From Rickettsiales bacterium (GTDB taxonomy: Bacteria; Pseudomonadota; Alphaproteobacteria; Rickettsiales; JABCZZ01), in the NCBI GenBank assembly GCA_035765535.1, contig DASTXE010000003.1, positions 388,516 through 452,515 of the forward strand: a DNA stretch of 64,000 bases. Direction: 5' to 3'. How positions within the stretch are numbered: position 1 is the stretch's first letter; each line of letters opens with the position of its first letter. A program made the position numbers and the translations under genes. Positions 8,467 through 18,090 of this stretch are shown here, piece after piece. The notes below the pieces were generated by a model. The model worked only from the letters and a program-made list of their open reading frames with translations. It did no database searches and was not told the DNA's origin.

Positions 8467-9888
8467 TTATTGATAATTCTTTACGGCCTCGTAAGCGAGT
8501 TGGCGAGCTTCTTTCTCGAAGCCTATGGATTTCAATGCCTTAACGATGGGAATCAAGGCCAGATCGCTGATATTATCAGCACTGCTGTTGCCGGCAATCA
8601 GCGCCGCTGTCAGGATAGTTTCACCCTTACGGCCCGCTTGCGCCGCCTGGCCGAGCCGGTCGACCAGCATGGCAGGCGGTATTTCCCCGTCAAAGCGGCC
8701 TTTGCGGTTCAAGAGTACGTTCCAGGTTTTATCCGGCACTTTATAGCCAAACAGCTCCATGCAACTCAGCAGCCTGCTGATGCGCCTGCTGTCGCGAACT
8801 CCGGCATTTTCCACGGCAAGACGTGCAATCACGGCATTATCCGCATCCGTCGGCGGCTGGCCTGAACCAAGCGCTGTTACAAGGGTTGTGACATCACTGG
8901 CCAGTTCTTTGGCAAAAGGCTGCGACGGTAGCGTGGAGGAGGGAGTGGGCGGAAGAAGACCCAGCTGCTGTGCTTTAGTGGTAGCTTTCTCACGCAGTTT
9001 TGCATCTACACGCGTATCCTGCGCGAGGTATTTCACCGCGATGGGAGGCATGCTGTCCAGGCGGTCGCTTAGGCGGTTGCTCTCGCCCGCCATGACGATC
9101 AGCGAATAATCCAGCAGCGAAATATCGCGCGGCAGCGTCTTGAGGGGCACATTCCTGTCGGCAAGATGCCGGATCAGATCCTGGAAGAACGGATCGTCAG
9201 GTGAACTCTCGCGCAGCATATCGACGCCGACCATCGCTTCATCAAACTTGCCTGCGCGGGTCTGGCAGAGAATAGAGATTTTCTTCCAGAAAGCAGAGGT
9301 GCTTCCGGATGGAGGCGTCTGCTTGCAGGCACGGTCATAATCGCCATGTGCCAGTGCGATACTGATCTGCAACTCCAGCAGCTGGTCCGCTGCCAGCGAG
9401 GGCGGCAGCGCATTAATCATGGTATTGGCTTTATCGTCTTCTCCGATTCCTGCCAGCGCATTGACACGCAGGGTAAGCCAGTCATTGGAGGAAGTGCCGG
9501 TCGGCGGCGTACTTTGTGTCATCAGGAGCTTGACCAGCAGGTCATGCAGGGCCGGGTCCGAAATGCCCGTGTGCAATTGCTGCAGGAGGAATTCGTCTGC
9601 CGCGCGGTTGTCCGACTGCCAGATCGTACCGGGAAGACCGCCGCTGCTTTCCGTCAGCGTGCCGAACCCGTCAGTGGAGGGTTTTTCCATCGGGGCGCTC
9701 TCGATGGTGGCGGGTGGAGCTTCTTCATACCCGACACCGGCGTCGGAATCCATGGCGCCGCCGCTATTGTCGCTCTTATCCTGAGCGGTGATGGCAGGAG
9801 CTATTTCATGCGGCGCTTCCAGCGCGGCAAAAGCGATTGAGGGGAGGAAGGCCAGTAAAATCAGCAGGCTATTTGAATATCCGTTCAT
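8467..9888 (-). CDS. Secreted hypothetical protein (signal peptide, acidic N-terminal region, helical remainder)
   Basis: The N-terminus MNGYSNSLLILLAFLPSIAFA/ALEAP looks like a Sec signal. I recognise no catalytic motif. The 473-aa ORF has coherent codon usage. Confidence 0.7.
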   Translation of the reverse strand: MNGYSNSLLILLAFLPSIAFAALEAPHEIAPAITAQDKSDNSGGAMDSDAGVGYEEAPPATIESAPMEKPSTDGFGTLTESSGGLPGTIWQSDNRAADEFLLQQLHTGISDPALHDLLVKLLMTQSTPPTGTSSNDWLTLRVNALAGIGEDDKANTMINALPPSLAADQLLELQISIALAHGDYDRACKQTPPSGSTSAFWKKISILCQTRAGKFDEAMVGVDMLRESSPDDPFFQDLIRHLADRNVPLKTLPRDISLLDYSLIVMAGESNRLSDRLDSMPPIAVKYLAQDTRVDAKLREKATTKAQQLGLLPPTPSSTLPSQPFAKELASDVTTLVTALGSGQPPTDADNAVIARLAVENAGVRDSRRISRLLSCMELFGYKVPDKTWNVLLNRKGRFDGEIPPAMLVDRLGQAAQAGRKGETILTAALIAGNSSADNISDLALIPIVKALKSIGFEKEARQLAYEAVKNYQ

Positions 9889-10000
9889 TGCTCACGACTT
9901 TCTCTACGTTATGGCGCGGGGCGGGAATGGTGTGGGTCTCCAGATAAACCCCACCGGCCACCAGGCCGATAATGATGAGTAAGCTAAGGATCTTTTTCAT
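9869..10000 (-). CDS. Possible 43-aa single-pass membrane peptide
   Basis: My translation is MKKILSLLIIIGLVAGGVYLETHTIPAPRHNVEKVVSNERIFK. Its 3' end overlaps the start of the 473-aa gene by 20 nt. It is below the ORF-track length cutoff and has only a weak SD. Confidence 0.3.
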   Translation of the reverse strand: MKKILSLLIIIGLVAGGVYLETHTIPAPRHNVEKVVSNERIFK

Positions 10001-10037
10001 TCTTCACTCTTTGGGTTGTTTAGGGTATGGGTTAGGC

Positions 10038-10601
10038 ATGAGCGATAATAACACAATAAAAGAAAACCGCAATCCGCTTGGGCTCGCCCGGCCGATCGTG
10101 CTGGTCGGGCTGATGGGAGCGGGGAAATCCACCATCGGACGCAGGCTGGCTTCTGAACTCGGCCTGCGCTTTGTAGATTCCGACAATGAGATCGCTGAAG
10201 CGGCCGAATGCAGCATTTCCGACATTTTTGCCATTTACGGGGAAACGATTTTTCGTGACCTGGAAAAACGCGTCATTTTGCGCCTGCTGGGCAGCGAGCC
10301 CATTATTCTGGCCACCGGCGGCGGCGCATTCATGAATCCGCAGATCCGCGAGGCGGTGAAAGAACACGGGCTTTCCATCTGGCTGCGCGCCGATATCGAT
10401 GTGCTGCTGGAGCGCGTCTCGCGCCGCAATACGCGCCCGCTACTGGAAAACGGGGATAAACGCGCCATTCTCATGCGCCTGAAAGCGGAGCGCGAGCCGG
10501 TCTATGGCACTGCCGACATGGTCGTGGATAACGACATCGGCGATCACGATAAGGTCGTGGCTAACATTATGGAAATGCTGAAAGGAAAATATCTGGTATG
10601 A
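10038..10601 (+). CDS. aroK: Shikimate kinase
   Basis: Contains the Walker A motif LVGLMGAGKSTIGRRLA and has shikimate-kinase length and order. I prefer the ATG at 10038 (MSDNNTIKENR...). Its stop overlaps the aroB start (ATGA at 10598). Confidence 0.92.
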   Translation: MSDNNTIKENRNPLGLARPIVLVGLMGAGKSTIGRRLASELGLRFVDSDNEIAEAAECSISDIFAIYGETIFRDLEKRVILRLLGSEPIILATGGGAFMNPQIREAVKEHGLSIWLRADIDVLLERVSRRNTRPLLENGDKRAILMRLKAEREPVYGTADMVVDNDIGDHDKVVANIMEMLKGKYLV

Positions 10602-11695
10602 CGTCTTCGCTACGCGTTGAGCTGGGCTCGCGCAGTTATGATATCGCTATTGGCGAAGGGTTGATCGGCCGTGCAGGCGAACTGATGTCGCCATTGCTAA
10701 AACGCAAGAAAACCATCATTATCTGCGACGATACCGTGGCTAAACTCTATCTGGAAACGTTGCAGGCATCGCTGACGGCGCAGGGTATCACCCATAACGC
10801 AGTGGTGCTGCCGCATGGGGAGCAGACCAAAAGCTTCTCCGAGCTGGAAAAACTCATGGAGAAGCTGCTGGATTTCGCACCCGACCGCAACGTGACGCTG
10901 ATCGCACTGGGTGGCGGGGTGATTGGAGATATTACGGGCTTTGCAGCGAGCATCCTGCTGCGCGGGGTGGATTTTATCCAGATCCCAACGACATTGCTTG
11001 CGCAGGTGGATAGCTCCGTCGGCGGCAAGACCGGCATCAACACGCGTCATGGCAAGAACCTCATCGGCTCGTTCTACCAGCCGCGCCTTGTCATCGCGGA
11101 TACAGCTGCGCTATTGACGCTGCCAAGGCGCGAATTACTAGCCGGATATGCAGAAGTGGTCAAATACGGTGTCATCTGCGACCGCCAGTTCTTCACCTGG
11201 CTTGAGGAAAATGGCGAGCAGGCGCTTGCGGGCGATACGCAGAAGCTTGCCCATATCGTGCGTGCAAGCTGCAAGAGCAAGGCGGAAGTCGTGGCGTGCG
11301 ACGAGCGCGAATCCGGCGTCCGCGCTATTTTGAATTTCGGCCATACGCTCGGCCATGCGCTGGAAGCCGAAACGGGCTATAGCGATAAATTACTGCATGG
11401 CGAGGCGGTTTCGGTCGGCATGATGCTGGCCATGAAACTTTCTGTAATGCGTGGTTTGAGTACAGATAAGGATCTGGAACGGCTTAAGAATCACCTGGCA
11501 AAGGCCGGTATGCCTGCTGTGCTTTCGGATGTGAAACAAACCTTTGATGCTGAAAAACTCATCGAACACTGCTATCATGACAAGAAGGCGAAAGATGGCG
11601 GACTAACATTCGTACTCGCCAAAGGCATCGGCAAAACCGTCATCTGCGACGATATAACACGGCAGGAATTGCAACAGTTACTGGTGAATGCTTAA
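10598..11695 (+). CDS. aroB: 3-dehydroquinate synthase
   Basis: Contains GGGVIGDITGFAAS, DSSVGGKTGIN and NFGHTLGHALE. This is the classic aroK-aroB pair. Confidence 0.95.
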   Translation: MTSSLRVELGSRSYDIAIGEGLIGRAGELMSPLLKRKKTIIICDDTVAKLYLETLQASLTAQGITHNAVVLPHGEQTKSFSELEKLMEKLLDFAPDRNVTLIALGGGVIGDITGFAASILLRGVDFIQIPTTLLAQVDSSVGGKTGINTRHGKNLIGSFYQPRLVIADTAALLTLPRRELLAGYAEVVKYGVICDRQFFTWLEENGEQALAGDTQKLAHIVRASCKSKAEVVACDERESGVRAILNFGHTLGHALEAETGYSDKLLHGEAVSVGMMLAMKLSVMRGLSTDKDLERLKNHLAKAGMPAVLSDVKQTFDAEKLIEHCYHDKKAKDGGLTFVLAKGIGKTVICDDITRQELQQLLVNA

Positions 11696-12581
11696 GCATT
11701 TCGGACGGATGCAGGCACCCCGCCTCGGGGTGATCGTAGCCTTGACGACGGCCATCATTTTCGGCGCCCATACGCCTGCCGAACGCGCAGTCTACGCGGA
11801 AGGCGGAAATGTAGCGCTGGTGATGATCGCAACGACGTTTGCGCGCGCTTTCGTATTGGTGCTCTATTGTCTGGTGCGCGGCAGGAAACTCTTTGCCCGG
11901 CGAGAGGATGTCATTCAAGCCTTCTGGGGCGGCCTGTGCCAGGCGATCTCGGTATTCGCTTTATTCTGCGCACTGGTCTACCTTCCCGCGCCGGTCGTGA
12001 TCATTATCTGTTTTACCCATACGCTGATGCTGCTGTTCTTTATGGCGTGGCGTAAAGAAGTGGCGCTTGATACTCCCACCGTGCTCGTAACACTCAGCAC
12101 GCTGGCGGGGCTGGTGTTCGTGCTGGATATCACGCATCAGGATGCGCCCGGGAGCTGGCTTGGCATAGGGCTCGCATTTCTTTCCGCGGCGATGGCTGCC
12201 GCCCGTTTATACCTGTATGGCCACCAGATGAAAGAGCGCAGCCCTGCTGTGGTCGGCGCGGAGAATTTCATATTCGCGTTGTTATTTGCAACCCTGTCGC
12301 TGGCTTTCATGCCTGCACCGCACTTGCCCTCCATGCTCGGCACGGCGTGGCTGGGCGTGGCCTGCCTGGCGCTGGCATTCGGCACTTTCTGTATGTTTTA
12401 CGGCATCTCGCTGCTCGGCGCATTCCGCTACAGCCTGTTTGCTAAGACGGAGCCGATTTTTACCGCCTTTTATTCCCTCATCTTCCTGCATGAAGTGCTG
12501 AAGCCACAGCAATATATCGGGATTGCCGTCGTTGTCGGGAGCCTGACGCTTTATATGCTGAGGAAAGAGCAAAAAACCTGA
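11688..12581 (+). CDS. DMT/EamA-family transporter
   Basis: 297 aa with about ten hydrophobic segments and duplicated EamA-like halves. Its ATG overlaps the aroB stop. Confidence 0.8.
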   Translation: MLKHFGRMQAPRLGVIVALTTAIIFGAHTPAERAVYAEGGNVALVMIATTFARAFVLVLYCLVRGRKLFARREDVIQAFWGGLCQAISVFALFCALVYLPAPVVIIICFTHTLMLLFFMAWRKEVALDTPTVLVTLSTLAGLVFVLDITHQDAPGSWLGIGLAFLSAAMAAARLYLYGHQMKERSPAVVGAENFIFALLFATLSLAFMPAPHLPSMLGTAWLGVACLALAFGTFCMFYGISLLGAFRYSLFAKTEPIFTAFYSLIFLHEVLKPQQYIGIAVVVGSLTLYMLRKEQKT

Positions 12582-12583
12582 GA

Positions 12584-12672
12584 TGGTGCGGGCGGGGGGA
12601 CTCGAACCCCCACAGACACTGAAGTCCTACGGATTTTAAGTCCGTTGCGTCTACCAATTCCGCCACGCCCGC
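12584..12672 (-). tRNA. tRNA-Leu (anticodon UAA), CCA encoded
   Basis: The minus strand reads GCGGGCG-TG-GCG-GAATTGGTAGA-CGC-A-ACGGA-CTTAAAA-TCCGT-(long variable arm)-GGGGG-TTCGAGT-CCCCC-CGCCCGC-A-CCA. It is a class II tRNA whose anticodon loop has TAA. Confidence 0.93.
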
Positions 12673-12704
12673 GTGACTTTCCCTCTATAGCGATAACGAT
12701 TCCT

Positions 12705-13049
12705 TTACGCCAGCACAATCAGCAGCCACCCGGCCATAAGGCAGATACCGCCCGCAGGTGCAAGCAAGGTGATGTCGCTCCAGCCCGTGAGCGCCCGGAT
12801 ATAGAGCGAGCCGCAGAACAGCACGATTCCGGCAAGAAAAGCCAGCCGTGCCTGCACCATTCGTTTAGGCAGCTTATCCGCAAGCCATAGCAGCACCACC
12901 GCGTGAATAAGCTGGTAGCGTGAGGCTTTTTCCATGAATAAAGCGGGCAGGGATTCATGCACGGCATGTGCCGCAACAGCGCCCATAATGACGGCCATCA
13001 GCCCGTTAAGCGCAGCGATGCTGCGCCATCCGCGTTCCTGAATCAACAT
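12705..13049 (-). CDS. DUF423-family small membrane protein
   Basis: 114 aa with four hydrophobic segments. ...ALNGLMAVIMGAVAAHAV... and ...AGIVLFCGSLYI... are typical of DUF423/YgdD-like proteins. Confidence 0.8.
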   Translation of the reverse strand: MLIQERGWRSIAALNGLMAVIMGAVAAHAVHESLPALFMEKASRYQLIHAVVLLWLADKLPKRMVQARLAFLAGIVLFCGSLYIRALTGWSDITLLAPAGGICLMAGWLLIVLA

Positions 13050-13155
13050 AACGGCTCCTTTTGCGATTTATAGTTGTATCACCGATCATGATTATATATA
13101 AAATGGCGCGAAAAAAAGACCCGCATAATTTACTCATGATTGAGTTGAGCAAGAT

Positions 13156-14046
13156 ATGAACTATTTCCGCCAGGTAGGCATTATCAGTATGGCTTTGCTA
13201 TTGTCCAGCTGCCATACGACCTCGTCCCAGCAGGTTCCTGCGCAGGATTTCGTGATCGCAGCCTCCGCTCTGCTGCAGGCCGAGTCCGGCTATATGGACG
13301 AAATACAGCAGGCTTCCGATGCGAGTTACCGGCTCGGCGCGGCGGAGCAATATGTCGCGCATGACGGCAAGTGGAAAGAAGTGGCGCAGTCGCTTAAGCA
13401 GCATAACGATTTTTCCAAAGCAAAAGAACTGCGCGTGAAGATGCTGGAATCACTCGTCACCTATGCGCAGATGGTGAATGTACTTGCGTGCGACGGCGAT
13501 ACGGCATGGCTGGAAAAGAACGCGCAAGAGACGACCGGCACTATCTCGGATATTTTGCAGGATAGCGGTGCGGCGCATGTGAGCGACAGCCAGAAAGGCG
13601 CGGTCGAATCCGTGATTGCCACTTTCGGCCATTCCATTATCGATAATGCGGCGGCGGGCAAGGTGCACAAACTCGCGGAAATGGGGAGGCAGCCTATTGC
13701 TGGGATACGCAAGATGATCGAAGCGGATGATGAAGCCATTGAAGGCAGCCTCTTTGCGGCCGGACTTGAGAAAGACCAGCAATCCTCACGCAAAAACATG
13801 CTTCATTCCATTTACGAGGATAAAAGTGTGAACGCAGCGGAGCGCCTGCAGGCATTTACTTCCGTGGAAGCAATAGAAACGCACGCAGTAACACGGCGCA
13901 AAGATATCCTGAGTGCGTTGAAGAAACTGGAAGCTGCGAACGATGCGCTGGCCGCAGGCAATAATTTGTCTGCTCGCGCGCTGGCACAGCAGGCGATAGC
14001 CTATGCGGATCTCGCGGCGCAGGTGCATAAAACAGCAATCGAGTAG
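13156..14046 (+). CDS. Hypothetical lipoprotein
   Basis: Starts MNYFRQVGIISMALLLSSC/HTT, which has a lipobox (LLSSC). The rest is helical with no recognisable domain. Confidence 0.7.
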   Translation: MNYFRQVGIISMALLLSSCHTTSSQQVPAQDFVIAASALLQAESGYMDEIQQASDASYRLGAAEQYVAHDGKWKEVAQSLKQHNDFSKAKELRVKMLESLVTYAQMVNVLACDGDTAWLEKNAQETTGTISDILQDSGAAHVSDSQKGAVESVIATFGHSIIDNAAAGKVHKLAEMGRQPIAGIRKMIEADDEAIEGSLFAAGLEKDQQSSRKNMLHSIYEDKSVNAAERLQAFTSVEAIETHAVTRRKDILSALKKLEAANDALAAGNNLSARALAQQAIAYADLAAQVHKTAIE

Positions 14047-14055
14047 GGCATCACT

Positions 14056-14376
14056 ATGGCGCTTTCCAATAATGAAGTGATCAAGCGGCTGGAAAAAACC
14101 AAATGCACGCTGCAGGATCAGTGTGACGATGTGGAAGGCGAACAATTCAAGTGTCTGTGCCGGGTGATCGCAACGCTGAAAACGGAGATCGGCGCTATTG
14201 AGCAGAAGAATCTGGCCAGCGCAAATTATTCCCCGATCAGCGATGCCTTCAAAAAAGCCACAGCGGAAGGCAAAAAATTCCAGAACGATATCGACAAGGT
14301 AAAACAATCCTTCGAGGCGATTGAGTCGATCGGCGCGGAACTGGATAAGATCATCAACATTATTACATCGTTTTAG
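14056..14376 (+). CDS. Hypothetical small helical protein with an N-terminal Cys cluster
   Basis: 106 aa with Cys residues in KC..QC..KCLC. It sits 9 nt after the lipoprotein gene and 23 nt before the PLC gene. Confidence 0.55.
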   Translation: MALSNNEVIKRLEKTKCTLQDQCDDVEGEQFKCLCRVIATLKTEIGAIEQKNLASANYSPISDAFKKATAEGKKFQNDIDKVKQSFEAIESIGAELDKIINIITSF

Positions 14377-14399
14377 CAGTCAGCGGGAAAGAAAGAGCA

Positions 14400-15875
14400 A
14401 TGGAAAATATTGAACATGTCGTTGTCGTGATGATGGAGAACCGCTCGTTCGACAATCTGCTGGGCTGGCTCTATGCGGATGTGAACAATCAGCCGCCGAT
14501 CAACATTCCTGAGCAATCTCCTACGACATTTGAGGGGCTTTCAATAGACGGTTTTTTCAATCTGGACCATGACGGCCGCAAATATTTCGCTTGCCGCCCC
14601 ACTACGAGCTGGCTGTCCTCCAAAAACCCCAACACCGTTCCTTCACCGGACCCGCATGAGGAGTTTGATTTTATCACGGAACAGATTTTCGGCATGGCTT
14701 CACCCACGCCGGATATAAAACCGACCATGTGCGGGTTCCTGAAGAATTATGCCACTACGGCGGCAGGCGGGCAATCCGCTGCGCAAATTATGCAGACCTA
14801 CGGGCCCGATCAGGCCAATGTAATTAACGATCTGGCGCGGAATTTTGCGGTGTGCGACGGCTGGTTCGCGTCTGTCCCCTCCCAGACCTGGCCCAATCGC
14901 GGCTTCGTGCATACCGGTTCTTCCGACGGGCATGTGAATAACGACAACTATCAGCTATACGATATCGAGACGATCTTCAACGTCCTGCAGAAGCAAGGCA
15001 AGAGCTGGAATATCTTTCATAACAGCACGCTGATTCCGTCGCTCACTTACGGGCAGTTCCTGCCGCGTCTGGCGTTGCTGAACAATCATTTCTATCATTA
15101 TGACGAATTCAAGGCACGTTGCGCCGCTGCCTCTAATGCTGCTCCAAATCAGAAGCTGCCTTCCTATTCATTTGTGGAACCGCGCTTCGTGCCGGAAATG
15201 GAGCCGCTGCATACTGAAATCAGTTACCCGAATGATTACCATCCGCCGCATAATATCTGCCGTGGTGAGCAGTTCCTGGCGGATGTGTATGAAGCCGTGC
15301 GCACAAGCCCTTACCGGGATAAGATTCTATTGGTTATTACGTTTGATGAGCATGGAGGCTGTTACGATCACGTTGCGCCGCCGTCAGGTGCAGCCGCACC
15401 CGAACCGGGCCCGATTTCGCGCGATGGCAGGTTCAAGTTCGACCGTTTCGGCGTACGCGTGCCCGCAATCGTGATTTCATCCTATATTAAACCCGGAACG
15501 GTATTCCGTGCGGAAGCAGGTAAAACACCTTACGATCACACCTCGATTCTTGCGACCCTGCGTGACTGGCTGAAGCTGGATCCGTTCCTTCCAAGCCCGC
15601 GTATTAAGGCAGCTCCGACACTGGACAAGGTACTGACATTGTCCGAGAAGGATAAGCGCGACTGGCCGCAGATTACCGCTCAGTGCACGATTGGTGACGA
15701 CGATGAGTCCACGGATATTAAATTAAGCAGCGTACAAAAAAGCCTGATTGCGACAGCCATCCGCAAGGAGCAAGGCCAGCATGCAGATACAGTGCAGCAG
15801 CAGGCAGAGACTGAGCAACAGTTGCAAGGTATAGAGACCTATCAGCACGCGTTGGATTTTCAACAAGAGGTTTAA
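14400..15875 (+). CDS. Phosphoesterase-family phospholipase C / acid phosphatase (PlcH/PlcN/AcpA family), no signal peptide
   Basis: Contains MMENRSFDNLLGW, QTWPNR, FDEHGGCYDHVAPP and FGVRVPAIVISSYIKPG. The catalytic domain starts at about residue 6. Confidence 0.88.
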   Translation: MENIEHVVVVMMENRSFDNLLGWLYADVNNQPPINIPEQSPTTFEGLSIDGFFNLDHDGRKYFACRPTTSWLSSKNPNTVPSPDPHEEFDFITEQIFGMASPTPDIKPTMCGFLKNYATTAAGGQSAAQIMQTYGPDQANVINDLARNFAVCDGWFASVPSQTWPNRGFVHTGSSDGHVNNDNYQLYDIETIFNVLQKQGKSWNIFHNSTLIPSLTYGQFLPRLALLNNHFYHYDEFKARCAAASNAAPNQKLPSYSFVEPRFVPEMEPLHTEISYPNDYHPPHNICRGEQFLADVYEAVRTSPYRDKILLVITFDEHGGCYDHVAPPSGAAAPEPGPISRDGRFKFDRFGVRVPAIVISSYIKPGTVFRAEAGKTPYDHTSILATLRDWLKLDPFLPSPRIKAAPTLDKVLTLSEKDKRDWPQITAQCTIGDDDESTDIKLSSVQKSLIATAIRKEQGQHADTVQQQAETEQQLQGIETYQHALDFQQEV

Positions 15876-15921
15876 TTGTCATGCGGTGGCTTGACCACGG
15901 CATCTCGAGAAGTTGTAAGAG

Positions 15922-15944
15922 ATACCGCGATTGAATCGCGGTAT
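15922..15944. terminator. Perfect 10-bp stem-loop between convergent genes (candidate bidirectional terminator, no U-tract)
   Basis: ATACCGCGAT-TGA-ATCGCGGTAT lies between the PLC stop (15875) and the pbpC stop (15954). Confidence 0.5.
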
Positions 15945-15953
15945 GACACACTC

Positions 15954-18089
15954 CTATTTCACATGAAATGACACTGTATCGACCGGTTGCATCTGGCCGC
16001 CGCCGCTCTCTGCCACCTCCAGCACCAGCTGATAATCACCGCGTTGCAGCGGCCAGAGATAATGTCCGTTGTCAGTCACGGCCACCGTTTTGCCATTGAG
16101 CTTCCAGCCTGCCTGTTGTCCGGGCGAAATGCCTTGGGCGACAAATTCAAATGCCTGCTTGTTGGCAGGTACGCGCGGATCATATGCAAGGTAAAGCCCA
16201 TCGACGGGACGCACCAGCGCAGGGTGGGGCGCGGTGGAGACGATTGGCGCAGCAGCGGTAGGCTCCGTGCCAGCAATAAAATATTCCGAGTGCATGAAAC
16301 ACCCGCGGCTGCCGTCATGCGCTTGTGTGCAAATATCATGCTTCACGAGGCGAGGGCTTAAGTAAAGCGGCGCGGTGGGAATGCGTTCTGTTAACGCGGC
16401 GAATATGCTGCGAAGCGCAATCGCAGGGCCGGAAGAGCCGGTGACGCCGTCCATCGGTTTGCCGTCGAGATTGCCCATCCAAATACCCACCACATAATGC
16501 GAATTATACCCCATTGCCCAGGCATCGTGATAATCCGTAGAGGTGCCTGTTTTCGCAGCGGTCTGTACCGGCAGGTTCAGCATGCTGCCCGTGCCGAATT
16601 CCAAGCGCTTTGCCCACGGGTCGGAAAGAATATTACCAATCAGCGATGCTGCTTCCTCTGAATAAATACGTTCATTGGGCCGTGCATAAGGAGAATCGAG
16701 CAGTGCGGTTAGTGGACGGAATACGCCGCGATGTGCAAGCGCCGCATAGGCCTGCATCATCTCGAAAAGTGTAACTTCGCCGTCACCGAGCGCGAGGCCT
16801 TCATCGTAAAAATCAGCAGGCTGCGTAAGGCTTTCCATGCCGAGCCTGTGCAGGGTAGCAAGATAACGGGCAACGCCCACATGGTCTATCGTATGAATGG
16901 CGGGAATATTGAGCGAATTGCCGAGCGCCTCGCGCAGCGTCACCTTACCGTAATAAGTATGGCTGTAATTGCGGAAGCGATGCATTCCGTCATTGATTTC
17001 CTGCGTGATCGGTTCATCCGGAATAATGGTGGCAGCGGTCCAGCCGGAATCAAGCGCCAGCGCATAAAGCAGCGGCTTCATGGAGGAACCCGGTTGGCGC
17101 GGTGTAAGCACGGCGTCAATTGCCTGCTGACTGTCGCCCGCCGTTACCCAGGCAAGGATTTCCCCTGTTTCATGGTCCACGATCATAGCCGCTGCATTAT
17201 GCGCCTGCTTGCGCTTCATACCGCGCAAGAGTGCATCCAGCGTCTGCTGTGCCTGCTGCTGAATATGCGCATCGAGCGTGGTAGTAAGTTTGCCGGGAGA
17301 GGCTGCTACATTCTGCCGTATGTAAGAGACAAAGTGATCTGCGCTGACCGGCAGTGCAGGTTTGCCGAGGGCGAATGCACCGGAAGCTGTTTCCTCCTCC
17401 GGCAGATGCATCGCTGTGGCCAGCCGCAGGAGAGCGGGTGTAATCTTACCCGGATGCGCATAAAGATCATAAGCCGAGGGTGCGCGCGGCAGCACAGCAA
17501 GTGCCAGCATTTCTTTCGGCGTGAGTGTTGCCACTTCGCGGTTGAAATAATAACGCGCTGCCTGCACGATGCCACGGCGATTGGCGGCGTAAGGTACCTG
17601 ATTCAGGTAGAATTCCAGTATCTGCGCTTTTGCCGCATGGCGTTCCAGAGACATCGCCTCGAATCCTTCCACCCAGCGCGACCATAACGTCCGTGGGCGT
17701 GGATGCAGGATGCGCACCACCTGTTCGGTGATTGTGCTGGCGCCGCGTACGCCGTGCAGCGCCTTGATGTCCTGCCGGACGGCGGCAAGCCGTGCGAGCC
17801 AGTCCACGCCATGATGCGAGAAGAAGCGTTTGTCTTCTGCGGCAATGAAAGCCTGCTGCAGCAAGGAAGGCACGGAATAAAGCGGCAGGATAGAAGAATC
17901 ATTCAGCGCATTGCGGTAAGATACGGCTAGTGGCGCGCCGCTGCGATCTACGACATCGAAATGTGTCTGTGCGGAAAAGTCATTAAGCGCTCCGGCATCA
18001 AGAGGCTTCACAGCCATCCATGTGGCCACTGCCAGCATTACTGCCGGAACCAGCAGGCAGACGCTCGCTATCGCAAATGCGCGGCGCAT
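15954..18089 (-). CDS. pbpC: Penicillin-binding protein 1C (bifunctional transglycosylase/transpeptidase)
   Basis: Contains AAEDKRFFSHHGVD (GT51), GSSMKP (SxxK), GNSLN (SxN) and KTGT. The ATG at 18089 follows the A2M stop as TAAtATG. The track start at 18140 would overlap by 50 nt. Confidence 0.92.
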   Translation of the reverse strand: MRRAFAIASVCLLVPAVMLAVATWMAVKPLDAGALNDFSAQTHFDVVDRSGAPLAVSYRNALNDSSILPLYSVPSLLQQAFIAAEDKRFFSHHGVDWLARLAAVRQDIKALHGVRGASTITEQVVRILHPRPRTLWSRWVEGFEAMSLERHAAKAQILEFYLNQVPYAANRRGIVQAARYYFNREVATLTPKEMLALAVLPRAPSAYDLYAHPGKITPALLRLATAMHLPEEETASGAFALGKPALPVSADHFVSYIRQNVAASPGKLTTTLDAHIQQQAQQTLDALLRGMKRKQAHNAAAMIVDHETGEILAWVTAGDSQQAIDAVLTPRQPGSSMKPLLYALALDSGWTAATIIPDEPITQEINDGMHRFRNYSHTYYGKVTLREALGNSLNIPAIHTIDHVGVARYLATLHRLGMESLTQPADFYDEGLALGDGEVTLFEMMQAYAALAHRGVFRPLTALLDSPYARPNERIYSEEAASLIGNILSDPWAKRLEFGTGSMLNLPVQTAAKTGTSTDYHDAWAMGYNSHYVVGIWMGNLDGKPMDGVTGSSGPAIALRSIFAALTERIPTAPLYLSPRLVKHDICTQAHDGSRGCFMHSEYFIAGTEPTAAAPIVSTAPHPALVRPVDGLYLAYDPRVPANKQAFEFVAQGISPGQQAGWKLNGKTVAVTDNGHYLWPLQRGDYQLVLEVAESGGGQMQPVDTVSFHVK

Positions 18090-18090
18090 A

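Noticed and set aside
9972-10037. A hydrophobic 22-aa N-terminal extension on shikimate kinase, which would make it membrane-anchored.
   Set aside because: The extension overlaps the divergent small ORF and promoter region. The ATG at 10038 gives a normal soluble AroK with the Walker A motif at the usual distance from the start.
12584-12704. tRNA-Leu as a possible genomic-island integration site.
   Set aside because: No integrase, excisionase or phage gene flanks it. I found no duplicated copy of the tRNA 3' end nearby. Both neighbours (EamA, DUF423) look like core genes.
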